In this document: piece after piece, positions 36,925 to 47,076 of the stretch
Layout of the letters: each line of letters starts with the position of its first letter
Numbering within the stretch: the first letter of the stretch is position 1
NCBI GenBank assembly: GCA_963782055.1
Contig: CAWAIF010000003.1
Coordinates: 6,272,001-6,336,000 of the forward strand
Direction of reading: 5' to 3'
Length of the DNA: 64,000 nt
DNA from: an uncultured delta proteobacterium
GTDB lineage: Bacteria; Myxococcota_A; Polyangia; Polyangiales; Polyangiaceae
Position numbers and translations under genes: made by a program
Notes under the pieces: generated by a model
The model's input: the letters and a program-made list of their open reading frames with translations, nothing else
The model's database searches: none
What the model was told of the DNA's origin: nothing

Positions 36925-38538
36925 GTGTACCCGCAGGTCTTCGGAAAGTACGTCCTCGAACGTGAGCTGTCCCGCGGGGGGATGGCGCGTGTGCTCCTGG
37001 CCACCCTGCGCGGCGCGGGCGGCTTCGAGAAGAAGCTGGTCGTCAAGCAGATCCGCGACGAGCTGGCGGTGGACGAGGAGTTCGTGCGGCGCTTCGTGGA
37101 GGAGGCCAAGACCACCGTCGCCCTGAGCCACCCCAACATCGTGCCCGTCTACGAGCTGGGCGTGGAGCTCGGCACCTACTACCTGGCGATGGAGCTGGTG
37201 GTGGGCGTGAGCGTCGCCGAGCTGCTGGCGGACGGCGCGCTCTCGCCGGAGGAGGGCGCGTACATCGGCGTGGAGGTGTGCCGCGCGCTGGACTACGCGC
37301 ACCGGCGGATGCAGGTCGTGCACCGCGACATCACCCCCCGCAACGTGATGGTCGACGAGGAGGGGCAGGTCAAGCTGATCGACTTCGGGATAGCCCTGCT
37401 CGCCAAGGTGAACGAGGGGCAGCAGGTCTTCGGCTCCCCGGGGCACATGCCGCCGGAGCAGACGGCGGGCGATCGCGTGGGGCCGCCGGCGGACCTGTTC
37501 GCGCTGGGCGTGCTGCTCATGGAGGCGTGGAGTCGCAAGGCGCCCTTCCGGCGCAAGACCGCCGAGGAGATCGACGCCGCGCTCCACGCGCCACACCCCA
37601 GGCCGAGCGACGCCGACCCGCGGCTGCTCCCCCTGGACGACATCATGGCGCGCACGCTCTCCCTCGACCCGGCGGAGCGCCCGCAGACGGCCGACGAGCT
37701 GGGGCGCGCGCTGCGCAAGTTCCTGTCCGGCGTGGACCTGGGAGACGTGGAGCGCGGCCTGGGCGAGCGCGTGCGCGAGCGGCGGATGGTGCAGGAGCGG
37801 CGGCGAGCCGCGCCGGACGAGCCCGCGGCGCGCGGCAAGGAGCCGAGCCACGGCGAGATGGTGACCAAGACGTTCGCCGCGCGCGAGGAGGTGCACCGCT
37901 GGGAGAGCGAGCGGCCCGGCGCCCCGGACGAGGCCACCGGCCCCTCCACGCGCAAGCTGGAGTCGACGCCGCCCGACCGCATCGAGACGGTGGCGACGCG
38001 ACCCATCGAGACGCCGGTCACGCCGAGGACCAGGTCGGCCGACGGCGCGCGCCGCGATCCGCCGCGCTGGGGCCTGTGGCTCGGGCTCGCCGCGGCCGCG
38101 ACCGTGGGCGTGCTCGCGGTGCGCGACGCCGGGCGACCGCCCCCCGCGCCGGCCGCGACCTCCACCACCACGGCGACGACCGCGGCACCTCCGGCGACGA
38201 CGACGCGCGCGCTCCCCCCACCTGCGACCGCCACCACGGCCGCACCCCCACCGTCGACGGCGCCCGCGCCGTCGGAGTCCGCCGGCCCCACCGAGACAGC
38301 CGCCGCGCACCTCGCCCTCTACGGCGACCCGGGCACGCGCGCGGTGGTCGACGGCGTCCCGCGCGGGACCTGCCCCATCTCCGACCTCTCGGTGGAGCCC
38401 GGCTCGCACGACGTCCGCTTCGTCTTCGACGCGACCGGCGAGTCCAACGGCAAGCACGTGACGCTGCGGCCGGGCGATCACGTGCGCGTGCGCGCCGACT
38501 TCACCGGCGCCACCCCCACCGTCACCATCCAGCGCTGA
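36925..38538 (+). CDS. Membrane Ser/Thr protein kinase with C-terminal PEGA-like domain
   Basis: SRGGMARV, VVK, HRDITPRN, DFG, GSPGHMPPE; TM; AAGGAG before GTG 36925. Confidence 0.88.
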   Translation: MYPQVFGKYVLERELSRGGMARVLLATLRGAGGFEKKLVVKQIRDELAVDEEFVRRFVEEAKTTVALSHPNIVPVYELGVELGTYYLAMELVVGVSVAELLADGALSPEEGAYIGVEVCRALDYAHRRMQVVHRDITPRNVMVDEEGQVKLIDFGIALLAKVNEGQQVFGSPGHMPPEQTAGDRVGPPADLFALGVLLMEAWSRKAPFRRKTAEEIDAALHAPHPRPSDADPRLLPLDDIMARTLSLDPAERPQTADELGRALRKFLSGVDLGDVERGLGERVRERRMVQERRRAAPDEPAARGKEPSHGEMVTKTFAAREEVHRWESERPGAPDEATGPSTRKLESTPPDRIETVATRPIETPVTPRTRSADGARRDPPRWGLWLGLAAAATVGVLAVRDAGRPPPAPAATSTTTATTAAPPATTTRALPPPATATTAAPPPSTAPAPSESAGPTETAAAHLALYGDPGTRAVVDGVPRGTCPISDLSVEPGSHDVRFVFDATGESNGKHVTLRPGDHVRVRADFTGATPTVTIQR

Positions 38539-38617
38539 AGAGCCGCCCAGAGCGCTGTCCACCCGCAGGCCCGGGGCCCTCGGCTTCGGCCCGCGGAGGT
38601 GCTAACACGGCGCCGCC

Positions 38618-39781
38618 ATGCCCGACTTCTTCGATCTCGCCCGGCACCTCACCCCCGAAGAGCAGACCGTGCAGCGCACCGTGCGCGCCTTCGTCGACGC
38701 CAAGGTGCTGCCCGTGGTGGGCGACTGCTTCGAGAAGGGCACCTTCCCCACCGAGCTCATCCCGGAGATCGCGGCGATGGGTCTGCTTGGTTGTAATCTA
38801 CACGGATACGGCTGCGCCGGCCTCTCCGAGGTGGGCTACGGCCTGGCGATGCAGGAGCTGGAGCGCGGGGACTCGGGCATCCGCTCCTTCGCCAGCGTGC
38901 AGGGCAGCCTGGTCATGTACCCCATCTGGTCCTTCGGCTCGGAGAAGCAGAAGGAGGCCTACCTGCCGAAGATGGCGCGCGGCGAGATCATCGGCTGCTT
39001 CGGCCTGACCGAGCCCGACCACGGGTCCAACCCCGCCGGCATGCGCACCGTGGCGATCGACGACGGCGACGCCTACGTCATCACCGGCACCAAGCGCTGG
39101 ATCACCAACGGCAACATGGCGCAGGTCGCGCTGGTGTGGGCGAAGCTGGGCGGCCACGACGGGCCCATCCACGGCTTCCTCGTCCCCACCGACAGCAAGG
39201 GCTTCGAGGCGCGGCTGATCCACAAGAAGATGAGCCTGCGCGCCAGCGTCACGAGCGAGCTCATCCTGGAGGAGGTGCGCGTGCCGAAGGACACCATCCT
39301 CCCCGGGGTGAAGGGGATGAAGGGCCCGCTCTCCTGCCTGACGGCCGCGCGCTTCGGCATCGCCTGGGGCGTCATCGGGGCGGCGACCGCGTGCTTCGAC
39401 TGCGCGGTGGACTACGCGAAGCACCGCGTGCAGTTCGGGGGCAAGCCCATCGCCGCCCACCAGCTCGTGCAGGCGAAGCTCGCCGAGATCCTGACGCAGA
39501 TCAGCGGCGCGCAGCTCATGGCGCTGGAGGTCGCGCGACTGAAGGAGGACAAGAAGCTCCGACCGCAGCACGTCTCGATGATCAAGCGCAACAACGCACG
39601 CATGGCGCTGGAGACGGCGCGCACGTGCCGCGACATCCTGGGGGGCAACGGGATCACCCTCGAGTACCCGGTGATGCGCCACCTGTGCAATCTGGAGACG
39701 GTCTTCACCTACGAGGGCACGCACGACATCCACACCCTCATCCTGGGCCAGGACATCACCGGCATCCCCGCCTTCGAGTGA
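38618..39781 (+). CDS. gcdH: Acyl-CoA dehydrogenase, glutaryl-CoA dehydrogenase-like
   Basis: ELERGDSG, SVQGSLVM, GCFGLTEPDHGS, KRWITNG, TYEGTHDIH. Confidence 0.8.
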   Translation: MPDFFDLARHLTPEEQTVQRTVRAFVDAKVLPVVGDCFEKGTFPTELIPEIAAMGLLGCNLHGYGCAGLSEVGYGLAMQELERGDSGIRSFASVQGSLVMYPIWSFGSEKQKEAYLPKMARGEIIGCFGLTEPDHGSNPAGMRTVAIDDGDAYVITGTKRWITNGNMAQVALVWAKLGGHDGPIHGFLVPTDSKGFEARLIHKKMSLRASVTSELILEEVRVPKDTILPGVKGMKGPLSCLTAARFGIAWGVIGAATACFDCAVDYAKHRVQFGGKPIAAHQLVQAKLAEILTQISGAQLMALEVARLKEDKKLRPQHVSMIKRNNARMALETARTCRDILGGNGITLEYPVMRHLCNLETVFTYEGTHDIHTLILGQDITGIPAFE

Positions 39782-39868
39782 GCGGTCCGTCTCGGGGGCG
39801 GCACGCGTTGCCTTTTTCCCCCCACGCGGGCGCGACTTCGTCGCGGGATCTCGACGGCTGGAGCCCTC

Positions 39869-40408
39869 CTATTCGCCCAGGAACGGCCGCGAGAGAGCGC
39901 CCGTCTGGCGGAGCGCCTCGTAGACGGCGATGCTCGCGGCGTTCGCCAGGTTGAGGGAGCGCACGGCGCCGATCGTCGGGATGCCCACGACCCGATCGGC
40001 GTGGGCGTCCAGCAGCGCGGCGGGCAGGCCGACGCTCTCCTTGCCGAAGACGAGCGCGTCGCCCGCGTGGAACCCGGCGTCGAGGTAGCTCCGGGCGGCG
40101 TGGGCGGAGAAGAGGTGGAGGGTGCCGGTGGGGCTCTCCTTGCGGAAGTCGTGCAGGAAGTGGGCGAAGTCCAGGTGCACGCGCAGGTCCACCAGGTGCC
40201 AGTAGTCCAGACCTGCCCGGCGCACCGCGCGCTCGTCGATGCGGAAACCGAGGCGCCCGACGAGGTGCAGCCGCGACCCGGTGGCCGCGCAGAGGCGCCC
40301 CACGTTGCCCGTGTTGGGCGGGATCTCCGGTTCCACGAGCACCACGTGGAGCGGGGAGGCGGGCGCCGGAGGGCGCGCCCGCAGGCGGGCGGAGGAGGAG
40401 GTTTCCAC
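39869..40408 (-). CDS. trmL: tRNA (cytidine/uridine(34)-2'-O)-methyltransferase
   Basis: VVLVEPEIPPNTGN, RRAGLDYW, FGKESVGLP, RSLNLAN. Confidence 0.92.
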   Translation of the reverse strand: METSSSARLRARPPAPASPLHVVLVEPEIPPNTGNVGRLCAATGSRLHLVGRLGFRIDERAVRRAGLDYWHLVDLRVHLDFAHFLHDFRKESPTGTLHLFSAHAARSYLDAGFHAGDALVFGKESVGLPAALLDAHADRVVGIPTIGAVRSLNLANAASIAVYEALRQTGALSRPFLGE

Positions 40409-40427
40409 GTCGGCGCTTAGCCTTACC

Positions 40428-40457
40428 TTGACGGCCTTGCGGCGCCAAACGTAGGCT
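40428..40457 (+). promoter_or_regulatory. Putative sigma70 promoter
   Basis: TTGACG-N18-TAGGCT followed by GAGGAG RBS and TTG 40478. Confidence 0.5.
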
Positions 40458-40477
40458 CCTCTGCCGAGGAGTCCCCT

Positions 40478-41614
40478 TTGCGCACGAGCCGCGCCGCCCG
40501 CTTCGCCCTTTCCACCGCCGCTTCTCTCGTCGCCCTGCTGGCCGGGGCGCATGCGGCGCATGCGGGGGACATGGACCCGGCCACCGAGCGGCTCGTGCTG
40601 CAGCCACCGGGGCTCCCGGCGGGGTCCACCTGCCAGAGCGCTGCGGCCGATCCCAACGGCACCCTCGCCGCGACGGGTCAGGCGCCCAACGCCTTCCCGT
40701 GCCGGCCGGACAACGTCGCCTTCGCCAACCTGGTGAGCGAGCTCGGCTTCGCCGTCGCCCCCAACGCCTTCCACCCGGCGCGCACCACCGGCTTCGGCGG
40801 CTTCGCCCTGACGATGGAGGCGAGCTTCACCAAGATCAACTCCGACGCCTTCAGCAAGGGCGCCGATGGCTCGTCGGTCCAGTACTGGCACGTCGGCACG
40901 CGCGGGCGGAAGGACACCAACACCAACTCGTACACGGGCGTCAACAACTCGCCCGACTCCATCCTGCAGCTTTACTCGCTCAAGGCGCGCAAGGGCCTGC
41001 CCCTCGGCTTCGAGCTCACCGGCGTGCTCGGCTACCTCGCCAACACCACCATGTGGACCGTCGGCGGGGACGTGCGCTGGGCGCCGTTCGAGGGCTTCCG
41101 CACCGGCGTCGGCGGCATCCTGCCGGACATCGGCGTGGGCGGCGGCGTGCGCACCGTCGTCGGCACCGACAAGTTCACGCTGACGACGGTGGGCCTGGAC
41201 TTCCAGCTCTCCAAGCGCATCCCCATCGCCGACAGCTTCCAGCTCACGCCGTACGTCGGCTTCCAGCGCATCTGGGTGTTCGGCGACTCCGGCATCGTCG
41301 ACTCCACCCCCAACGTCGACCCGCTGGCGCAGTGCGGCTACCAGGGCCCCGACGCGACGACGGGCGCGCCCGTCTGCAACAACAAGCTCTCCAACGGGGC
41401 GGACAACAACTCCGACTTCAACAACAACTTCATCTTCCAGAAGGTCCGCACGCAGCGCAACCGCGGCATCGTCGGCATGACCTACCGCTACGAGATGCTC
41501 TACCTCGCCGGCCAGTTCCTCATCGACCTGACCGATCCCACCATCGAGGGGCAGAGCTACCTGCAGAACAGCCGTCAGTGGACGCTCTCCTTCGAGGCGG
41601 GCGCGTACTTCTGA
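40478..41614 (+). CDS. Outer-membrane beta-barrel protein
   Basis: Signal peptide ending AHA; amphipathic strands; terminal FEAGAYF. Confidence 0.7.
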   Translation: MRTSRAARFALSTAASLVALLAGAHAAHAGDMDPATERLVLQPPGLPAGSTCQSAAADPNGTLAATGQAPNAFPCRPDNVAFANLVSELGFAVAPNAFHPARTTGFGGFALTMEASFTKINSDAFSKGADGSSVQYWHVGTRGRKDTNTNSYTGVNNSPDSILQLYSLKARKGLPLGFELTGVLGYLANTTMWTVGGDVRWAPFEGFRTGVGGILPDIGVGGGVRTVVGTDKFTLTTVGLDFQLSKRIPIADSFQLTPYVGFQRIWVFGDSGIVDSTPNVDPLAQCGYQGPDATTGAPVCNNKLSNGADNNSDFNNNFIFQKVRTQRNRGIVGMTYRYEMLYLAGQFLIDLTDPTIEGQSYLQNSRQWTLSFEAGAYF

Positions 41615-42114
41615 TCGCCGCGGCGCTCGGCGCGTGCACGCCGCGCTCGCGCGAGCCGGTCGGCACCTCGCTGGGGGGCGGCGGCGGCGGCGCGGCCCCG
41701 GCGGCGAGCGCGGCGGCGTCGGCGTCGGCCGCGCCCCTCGCGGGCTTGCCTCGGGACTTCCGCACGGCGTGGACGCGCGTCGGCTCCGTCGCGATGTCCG
41801 GCCACGGCGCGGGCGAGTGGAGCGACGTGGTCTACGCGAGCCGGGAGGCGAAGGACGCGGTGGCGGAGGGGACGACGGTGCCGGACGGCGGCGCGCTGGC
41901 GGCCGACCACGCCTCGCGGGGCGCCGACGGCGGCGCGGTGGCGGGGCCGACCTTCCTGATGACCCGGGGCGCCGGCGGGTGGCGCTTCGCGATCGCCGCA
42001 CCGGGCGGGAAGGCGGAGCTGGACGGCCCTGCCGACGCGGGCGTGCCGCTCCCGACCTGCGCGCGCTGCCACGCCGACGCCCCGCACGACGGCGTCTTCC
42101 CCTTGCCGCAGTGA
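41578..42114 (+). CDS. Cytochrome P460 / c'-beta-like mono-heme lipoprotein (start approximate)
   Basis: Lipobox LGAC; VPDGG...FLM...GWRF...CARCH...DGVF layout with a C-terminal CxxCH. Confidence 0.6.
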   Translation: MDALLRGGRVLLIAAALGACTPRSREPVGTSLGGGGGGAAPAASAAASASAAPLAGLPRDFRTAWTRVGSVAMSGHGAGEWSDVVYASREAKDAVAEGTTVPDGGALAADHASRGADGGAVAGPTFLMTRGAGGWRFAIAAPGGKAELDGPADAGVPLPTCARCHADAPHDGVFPLPQ

Positions 42115-42130
42115 ACGCGCGGCGCGGCAA

Positions 42131-42973
42131 TCACCAGAGGACGGCGATCACGACCGACGCGACCACGGCCACCGCGCACACGAGGGTGGCGACGGCGGCG
42201 GCGGCGTACGACGCGCGCAGCGCGGGCCGCGCCTCCTCCCCGACGAGATGGTAGCAGCCCTTGAGGAAGGCGCGGCTGGAGCGTGTCGGCAGGCCGACGC
42301 TCAGGCCGAGCAAGCCGAACGCGCGCGCCGGGCCCTCCTTGAAGAGGAGCACGAAGAAGCCGATGGGACCGAGCACCAGATCCCAGCCGGCCGCGTAGAG
42401 ACCGAAGCGCAGCGCGCGGCGCGGCGAGCGGCGATCCTGCGGCGCGCCGCGGTCCATCGCCCACCCGTGGGCGGCGTGCGCCGCGACGAGCAGCGTGGTC
42501 AGACCGGCGACGGCCACCAGGCTGACGCGAAGGGCGAGGCCGAGGCTGGACAGGTCCAGGTGCACCCCGACGGCGAGCAGGGCGGCGACGAAGGTGAGGC
42601 CGAGCGCGGCGAGCATCGACGACGCGGCGAGCAGCTCCGCCAGCAAGGCGAAGCGGAAGGCGGGGAGCATCGGGCCGTCGGGCAGCGACTCGAAGAAGGC
42701 CTCGGCGTTGTGGGTGGCGGCGCGGGCGGTCGCCCAGACGCGGCCCAGCGCGGGGCCTGGCCGCTCCCACGCCACGATGGAGATGACGCCGGAGCGCGAG
42801 CGCTCCTCGGCGCAGCCAGGGCAGTCGGGATCGCCACAGAAGGCGCAGACGACGGCGGCGGGGACCTCCACCAGGTCGTCGCGAGGCGCAGCGGTGCCGG
42901 CGACGGCAGACGGATCCCGGGCGAGCTCCGGCTCGCGCTCCGGGTCCCGCGGAAGGCGCTTGGCGGGCGACAT
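42131..42973 (-). CDS. Membrane protein with N-terminal Cys cluster
   Basis: CAFCGDPDCPGC followed by several TM segments. Confidence 0.65.
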   Translation of the reverse strand: MSPAKRLPRDPEREPELARDPSAVAGTAAPRDDLVEVPAAVVCAFCGDPDCPGCAEERSRSGVISIVAWERPGPALGRVWATARAATHNAEAFFESLPDGPMLPAFRFALLAELLAASSMLAALGLTFVAALLAVGVHLDLSSLGLALRVSLVAVAGLTTLLVAAHAAHGWAMDRGAPQDRRSPRRALRFGLYAAGWDLVLGPIGFFVLLFKEGPARAFGLLGLSVGLPTRSSRAFLKGCYHLVGEEARPALRASYAAAAVATLVCAVAVVASVVIAVLW

Positions 42974-43103
42974 CGAAGACAAAGCATGGCTCAAGCGGAG
43001 GCGAATTGCCACACGCCCGTGTTCGGGGCCCTCCGCAAGCAGGCTGACGGTCGGGGGGCGGCGGGAGGCACGCGGGGAGGAGGGGGTGGTACCCTGCCGG
43101 GAC

Positions 43104-46100
43104 ATGCGGCCGGGGGAAGTCGTCGCGGAGCGCTTCGCCATCCAGCACCTGGCCGGCACCGGGGGCATGGGCGCGGTCTACAAGGCGCTCGACCGCCTCA
43201 CCGGCGAGGTGGTGGCGCTCAAGACGCTGACCGGGGCGAGCCCGGACAGCCGCGACCGCCTCGCCCGCGAGGGGCAGGCGCTCGCGCAGCTCCGCCACCC
43301 CCACGTGGTGCGCTACGTGACCCACGGCGCGACCCCGCAGGGCGAGCCCTTCGTGGCCATGGACTGGGTGGAGGGCGAGACGCTCGGCCGCCGGCTGCAG
43401 CGCGAGGGGCTCACCGCCCGCGCCGGCTTGCTGCTCGGCGCGCGGCTCGCCGAGGCGCTGGCGTACGCCCACGAGCGCGGCGTGCTGCACCGCGACGTGA
43501 AGCCGGGCAACGTGATGCTGCGCGGCGGAGCGCCGGCGGACCCGGTGCTGGTCGACTTCGGCGTGGCGCGTCTGGAGGCGGGGTACGCCTCGCTGACGCA
43601 GACCGGGATGATGATCGGGACGCCCACGTACATGGCGCCGGAGCAGGCGCGCGGCGCGCGCGACGTGGACCGACGGGCGGACGTCTTCGCCCTCGGCTGC
43701 CTGCTCTTCCGCTGCCTCGCAGGGCGCGTCCCCTTCGAGGGCGAGGACGCCCTTGCGGTCCTCGCCAAGGTGCTGCTGGACGATCCGCCGCGCCTCGGGA
43801 CGCTGCGGCCGGACCTTCCGCTCGAGGTGGACGACCTGATCCACGCCATGCTCGCGAAGGAGCGCGACGACCGACCCGCCGACGCGCGCGAGATCGCCGC
43901 GCGCCTCGCGGCGCTGGCAGAGCGGGCCGAGGACGCCGGCGCGCCGTCCCGCCCGCGCGAGCGCATCACCATGACGGAGCGCCGGCTGCTCGGGCTCATC
44001 GCCGCCGACACACGCCTGCGCCTCGCCGACGACGACGAGTCACGCGCGCCCGCGTCGGCGCTCTTGGCCCGCGTGTCGGCGGCGACGCGCCCCTTCCGCG
44101 CGCAGTGCGACGTGCTCGCCAGCGGCTCGCTGGTGATCGCGCTCTCCGGCCGCCCGAGCGCCACCGACCTCGCCAGCGACGCGGCGCGCTGCGCGCTCCT
44201 GCTGCGCGACGAGGTACCCGGCGTGGCGATGGTGCTGGTCACCGGCCGCGCGGTGATGGGCGGCGAGGGCGCGGGAGAGTCGCGCGCGACGACCGTCGGC
44301 GCCGCCGGCGACGTCTTCGAGCGGGCGACGCGCCTGCTGCGGCGTCACGCGCGCGGCGACGGCGCGCCGGGCGTCCGCGTCGACGATGCCACGCGTGATC
44401 TGCTCGACCCCCGCTTCGACGTCGCGCCCGCCAAGGGCGGCCCGGTGCTGCGGGGGATGCGCGCGGCCGCGGAGCCCATCCGCACGCTGCTCGGCAAGCC
44501 GACGCCGTGCGTCGGGCGGGAACGCGAGCTGCGGGTGCTCGAGGCGACGCTGGACGAGTGCGTGTCGGAGGAGCTCTCGCGCGCGGTGCTCGTCACCGCC
44601 GACGCCGGGATGGGCAAGTCGCGCCTGCGCCACGAGTTCTTGCGGCGCGCGCGCGAGGGCCACGCTTCGCTGGAGGTGCTGCTCGGGCGCGGGGACCCGC
44701 TGACCTCCAGCTCGCCCTACGCGATCCTGGGGCAGGCGCTCCGCAAGGCGGCCGGCGTGCGGCAGGGTGAGCCCGCCGTCGAGCGCGCGGCGAAGCTGGC
44801 AGCGTTCGTCGGACGCGACGTGCGCGCGGAGGACCGCGCGCGCGTCGTGGCCTTCGTCGGCGAGATGGTCGGCGTGCCCGCCGCGGGGGAGCCGGGCGCG
44901 CAGGTCCTCGCGGCGCGCCGAGACCCCATCCTGATGAAGGACCAGACGCGCCGCGCCTTCGAGGACTGGTTACGTGCAGAATGCATACATCACCCGGTAC
45001 TGATCGTGCTGGAGGACGTGCACTGGGCGGACACGTCGTCGATGCGCCTGCTCGATGCGACGATGAGCGTCCTGCCGGAGTCGCCCCTGATGCTCCTCGC
45101 CCTGGCGCGCCCGGAGGTCGACGCCCAGCTCCCGGGGCTCTGGCAGGAGCGCGGGGCGCAGCGGCTGCCCTTGACCCCGCTCTCGCGCAAGGCGTCGGAG
45201 AAGCTGGTGCGCGAGGCGATCGGCGATCGCGTCTCGGCGGAGGCGTGCGCGCGCATCGCGGCGGTCGCCGCGGGCAACGCCTTCTACCTGGAGGAGCTCA
45301 TCCGCGCCGCCTCCGGCGGCGAGGCGGGCGCGGTGCCGGAGTCGGTCCGCGCGATGGTCCAGGCGCGGCTGGAGGCGCTCGAGCCCCAGGCGCGGCGCGT
45401 GCTGCGCGCGGCGAGCCTCTTCGGCGAGACCTTCTGGGTCGGCGGCGTGCGCGCGCTCGTCGGCGAGGCGGCGGCGCGGAGCGAGGCGCCGACGATGGCG
45501 ACCGGCGGCGCCCGCGCCCGGACGACGGGCGAGATCGAGGCGTGGCTGGCGGATCTGGGCGAGCGCGAGCTGGTCGCGCGCCGGCCCGAGGCGCGCTTCC
45601 CCGACGAGCAGGAGTACGTCTTCCGCCACGACATCGTGCGCGAGGCGGCGTACGGCATGCTCACCGAGAAGGACGCGGGCCTCGGCCACCGGCTGGCGGC
45701 GGAGTGGCTGGTGGGTGTCGGCGAGGGCGACGCGCTCCTCGTGGCGGAGCACTTCGAGCGCGGCGATCAGCGCGAGCTCGCGGCGCCCTGGCTCGCTCAG
45801 GCCGCCGAGATGGCGCTCGACTCCAACGACTTCGCCCTGGTGCTCTCCACGGCGACGCGCGCCAGGGCGTGCGGGGCCGACGGCGAGGTGCTCGGGCGCG
45901 CGCGGCTCGCCGAGTCGGAGGCGCACAGGTGGCGCGGCGAGACCCGCGAGGCGCAGCTCGCCGCGGAGGACGCGCTCGCTCACCTGGAGGAGGGCACCGG
46001 GCGGTGGGTCGACGCGGTGGCGGCGGTCGCGTTCACCAGCGGCTACCAGGGCGACACCGACACCCTCGAGCGCATGGCCCACGTGCTGCTCGCGCACACG

Positions 46101-47057
46101 CGCCGCGTCGCGGAGGGGGCGCAGCGGGAGACCATCTTCGCCCTGGCGCAGGTCGCCCGGAGCGTGGCGGTCCACGGGCGGCCGGAGCTGGGCGAGCGCC
46201 TGATGCGGGAGACGGACCGCCTCGCCACGCCGCTCATGACCAGCGACCCCGCGGTCGCCGCGCGCGTGCACGCAGCGCGCGCCCTCGAGGCCATCAGCGC
46301 GGGCGATCACGCTGGCTTCCTCGCCCGGGTCCGCGACTCGCGCGACCAGTACGCGGCGGCCGGCGACCTGCGCAACGAGGCGTCGCAGGACACCAACGTG
46401 GGCTACGCCCTCGGTCAGCTCGGCCGCTACGAGGAGTCGGAGACGGTCCTGCGCGCGCGCCTCGCCGCCGCCGAGCGCGCAGGGTTCGCCACGACCGCGC
46501 TGCACGCGCTGCAGAACCTCGGGTTCGTGCTGCTCCGCCTCGGCAGGATGGAGGAGGCGGAGCGCATCCAGCTCGAGGTGATCGAGACCGCGAAGCAACA
46601 GGGGGCGCTTCGCTACGTCGCCAACGGGCACGCGTCGCTCTCCATCATCGCCCTGGCGCTGGGCCAGACGGATCGCGCCGTGGAGGAGGGCCTGGCCGCC
46701 GTGAGCGCCACCGCGACCGACAGCCCGCGTCATGCGTACGCGCTCACCACTCTCGCCGACGCGCTGCTCGCGCGGGGGGAGACCGACGAAGCGTGCCGGC
46801 GCGCGGCCACCGCGATGGACCTGGTGAAGCGCGTGGGCTCCTTCGACATCGGCGAGGCCTACGTGCGCGTGGTGCACGCGGAGGCGTTGCTCGCGGCCGG
46901 CCGCGAGGAGGAGGCCGCCGCGGCGACGCGCGAGGCGCGCGACGAGGTCCTGCGGCGCGCGAACCTCGTCGGCGAGGCGGACCGCGAGACCTTCGTGCGG
47001 GCGGTGCCGGAGAACCGGCGCATCCTTCGCCTCGCCACCCAGCTGCTCGCGGGGTGA
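43104..47057 (+). CDS. Ser/Thr kinase fused to a STAND-like NTPase and TPR repeats
   Basis: GTGGMG, HRDVKPGN, DFG, GTPTYMAPE; VGREREL, ADAGMGKS, LEDVHWAD, GNAFYLEEL; helical repeats. Confidence 0.9.
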   Translation: MRPGEVVAERFAIQHLAGTGGMGAVYKALDRLTGEVVALKTLTGASPDSRDRLAREGQALAQLRHPHVVRYVTHGATPQGEPFVAMDWVEGETLGRRLQREGLTARAGLLLGARLAEALAYAHERGVLHRDVKPGNVMLRGGAPADPVLVDFGVARLEAGYASLTQTGMMIGTPTYMAPEQARGARDVDRRADVFALGCLLFRCLAGRVPFEGEDALAVLAKVLLDDPPRLGTLRPDLPLEVDDLIHAMLAKERDDRPADAREIAARLAALAERAEDAGAPSRPRERITMTERRLLGLIAADTRLRLADDDESRAPASALLARVSAATRPFRAQCDVLASGSLVIALSGRPSATDLASDAARCALLLRDEVPGVAMVLVTGRAVMGGEGAGESRATTVGAAGDVFERATRLLRRHARGDGAPGVRVDDATRDLLDPRFDVAPAKGGPVLRGMRAAAEPIRTLLGKPTPCVGRERELRVLEATLDECVSEELSRAVLVTADAGMGKSRLRHEFLRRAREGHASLEVLLGRGDPLTSSSPYAILGQALRKAAGVRQGEPAVERAAKLAAFVGRDVRAEDRARVVAFVGEMVGVPAAGEPGAQVLAARRDPILMKDQTRRAFEDWLRAECIHHPVLIVLEDVHWADTSSMRLLDATMSVLPESPLMLLALARPEVDAQLPGLWQERGAQRLPLTPLSRKASEKLVREAIGDRVSAEACARIAAVAAGNAFYLEELIRAASGGEAGAVPESVRAMVQARLEALEPQARRVLRAASLFGETFWVGGVRALVGEAAARSEAPTMATGGARARTTGEIEAWLADLGERELVARRPEARFPDEQEYVFRHDIVREAAYGMLTEKDAGLGHRLAAEWLVGVGEGDALLVAEHFERGDQRELAAPWLAQAAEMALDSNDFALVLSTATRARACGADGEVLGRARLAESEAHRWRGETREAQLAAEDALAHLEEGTGRWVDAVAAVAFTSGYQGDTDTLERMAHVLLAHTRRVAEGAQRETIFALAQVARSVAVHGRPELGERLMRETDRLATPLMTSDPAVAARVHAARALEAISAGDHAGFLARVRDSRDQYAAAGDLRNEASQDTNVGYALGQLGRYEESETVLRARLAAAERAGFATTALHALQNLGFVLLRLGRMEEAERIQLEVIETAKQQGALRYVANGHASLSIIALALGQTDRAVEEGLAAVSATATDSPRHAYALTTLADALLARGETDEACRRAATAMDLVKRVGSFDIGEAYVRVVHAEALLAAGREEEAAAATREARDEVLRRANLVGEADRETFVRAVPENRRILRLATQLLAG

Positions 47058-47076
47058 GCCCGCGCGGATTCACCTC

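Noticed and set aside
43104..47057. Kinase-NTPase-TPR protein as an Avs-like antiphage system
   Set aside because: This architecture is abundant in myxobacteria, and there is no defence-island context here.
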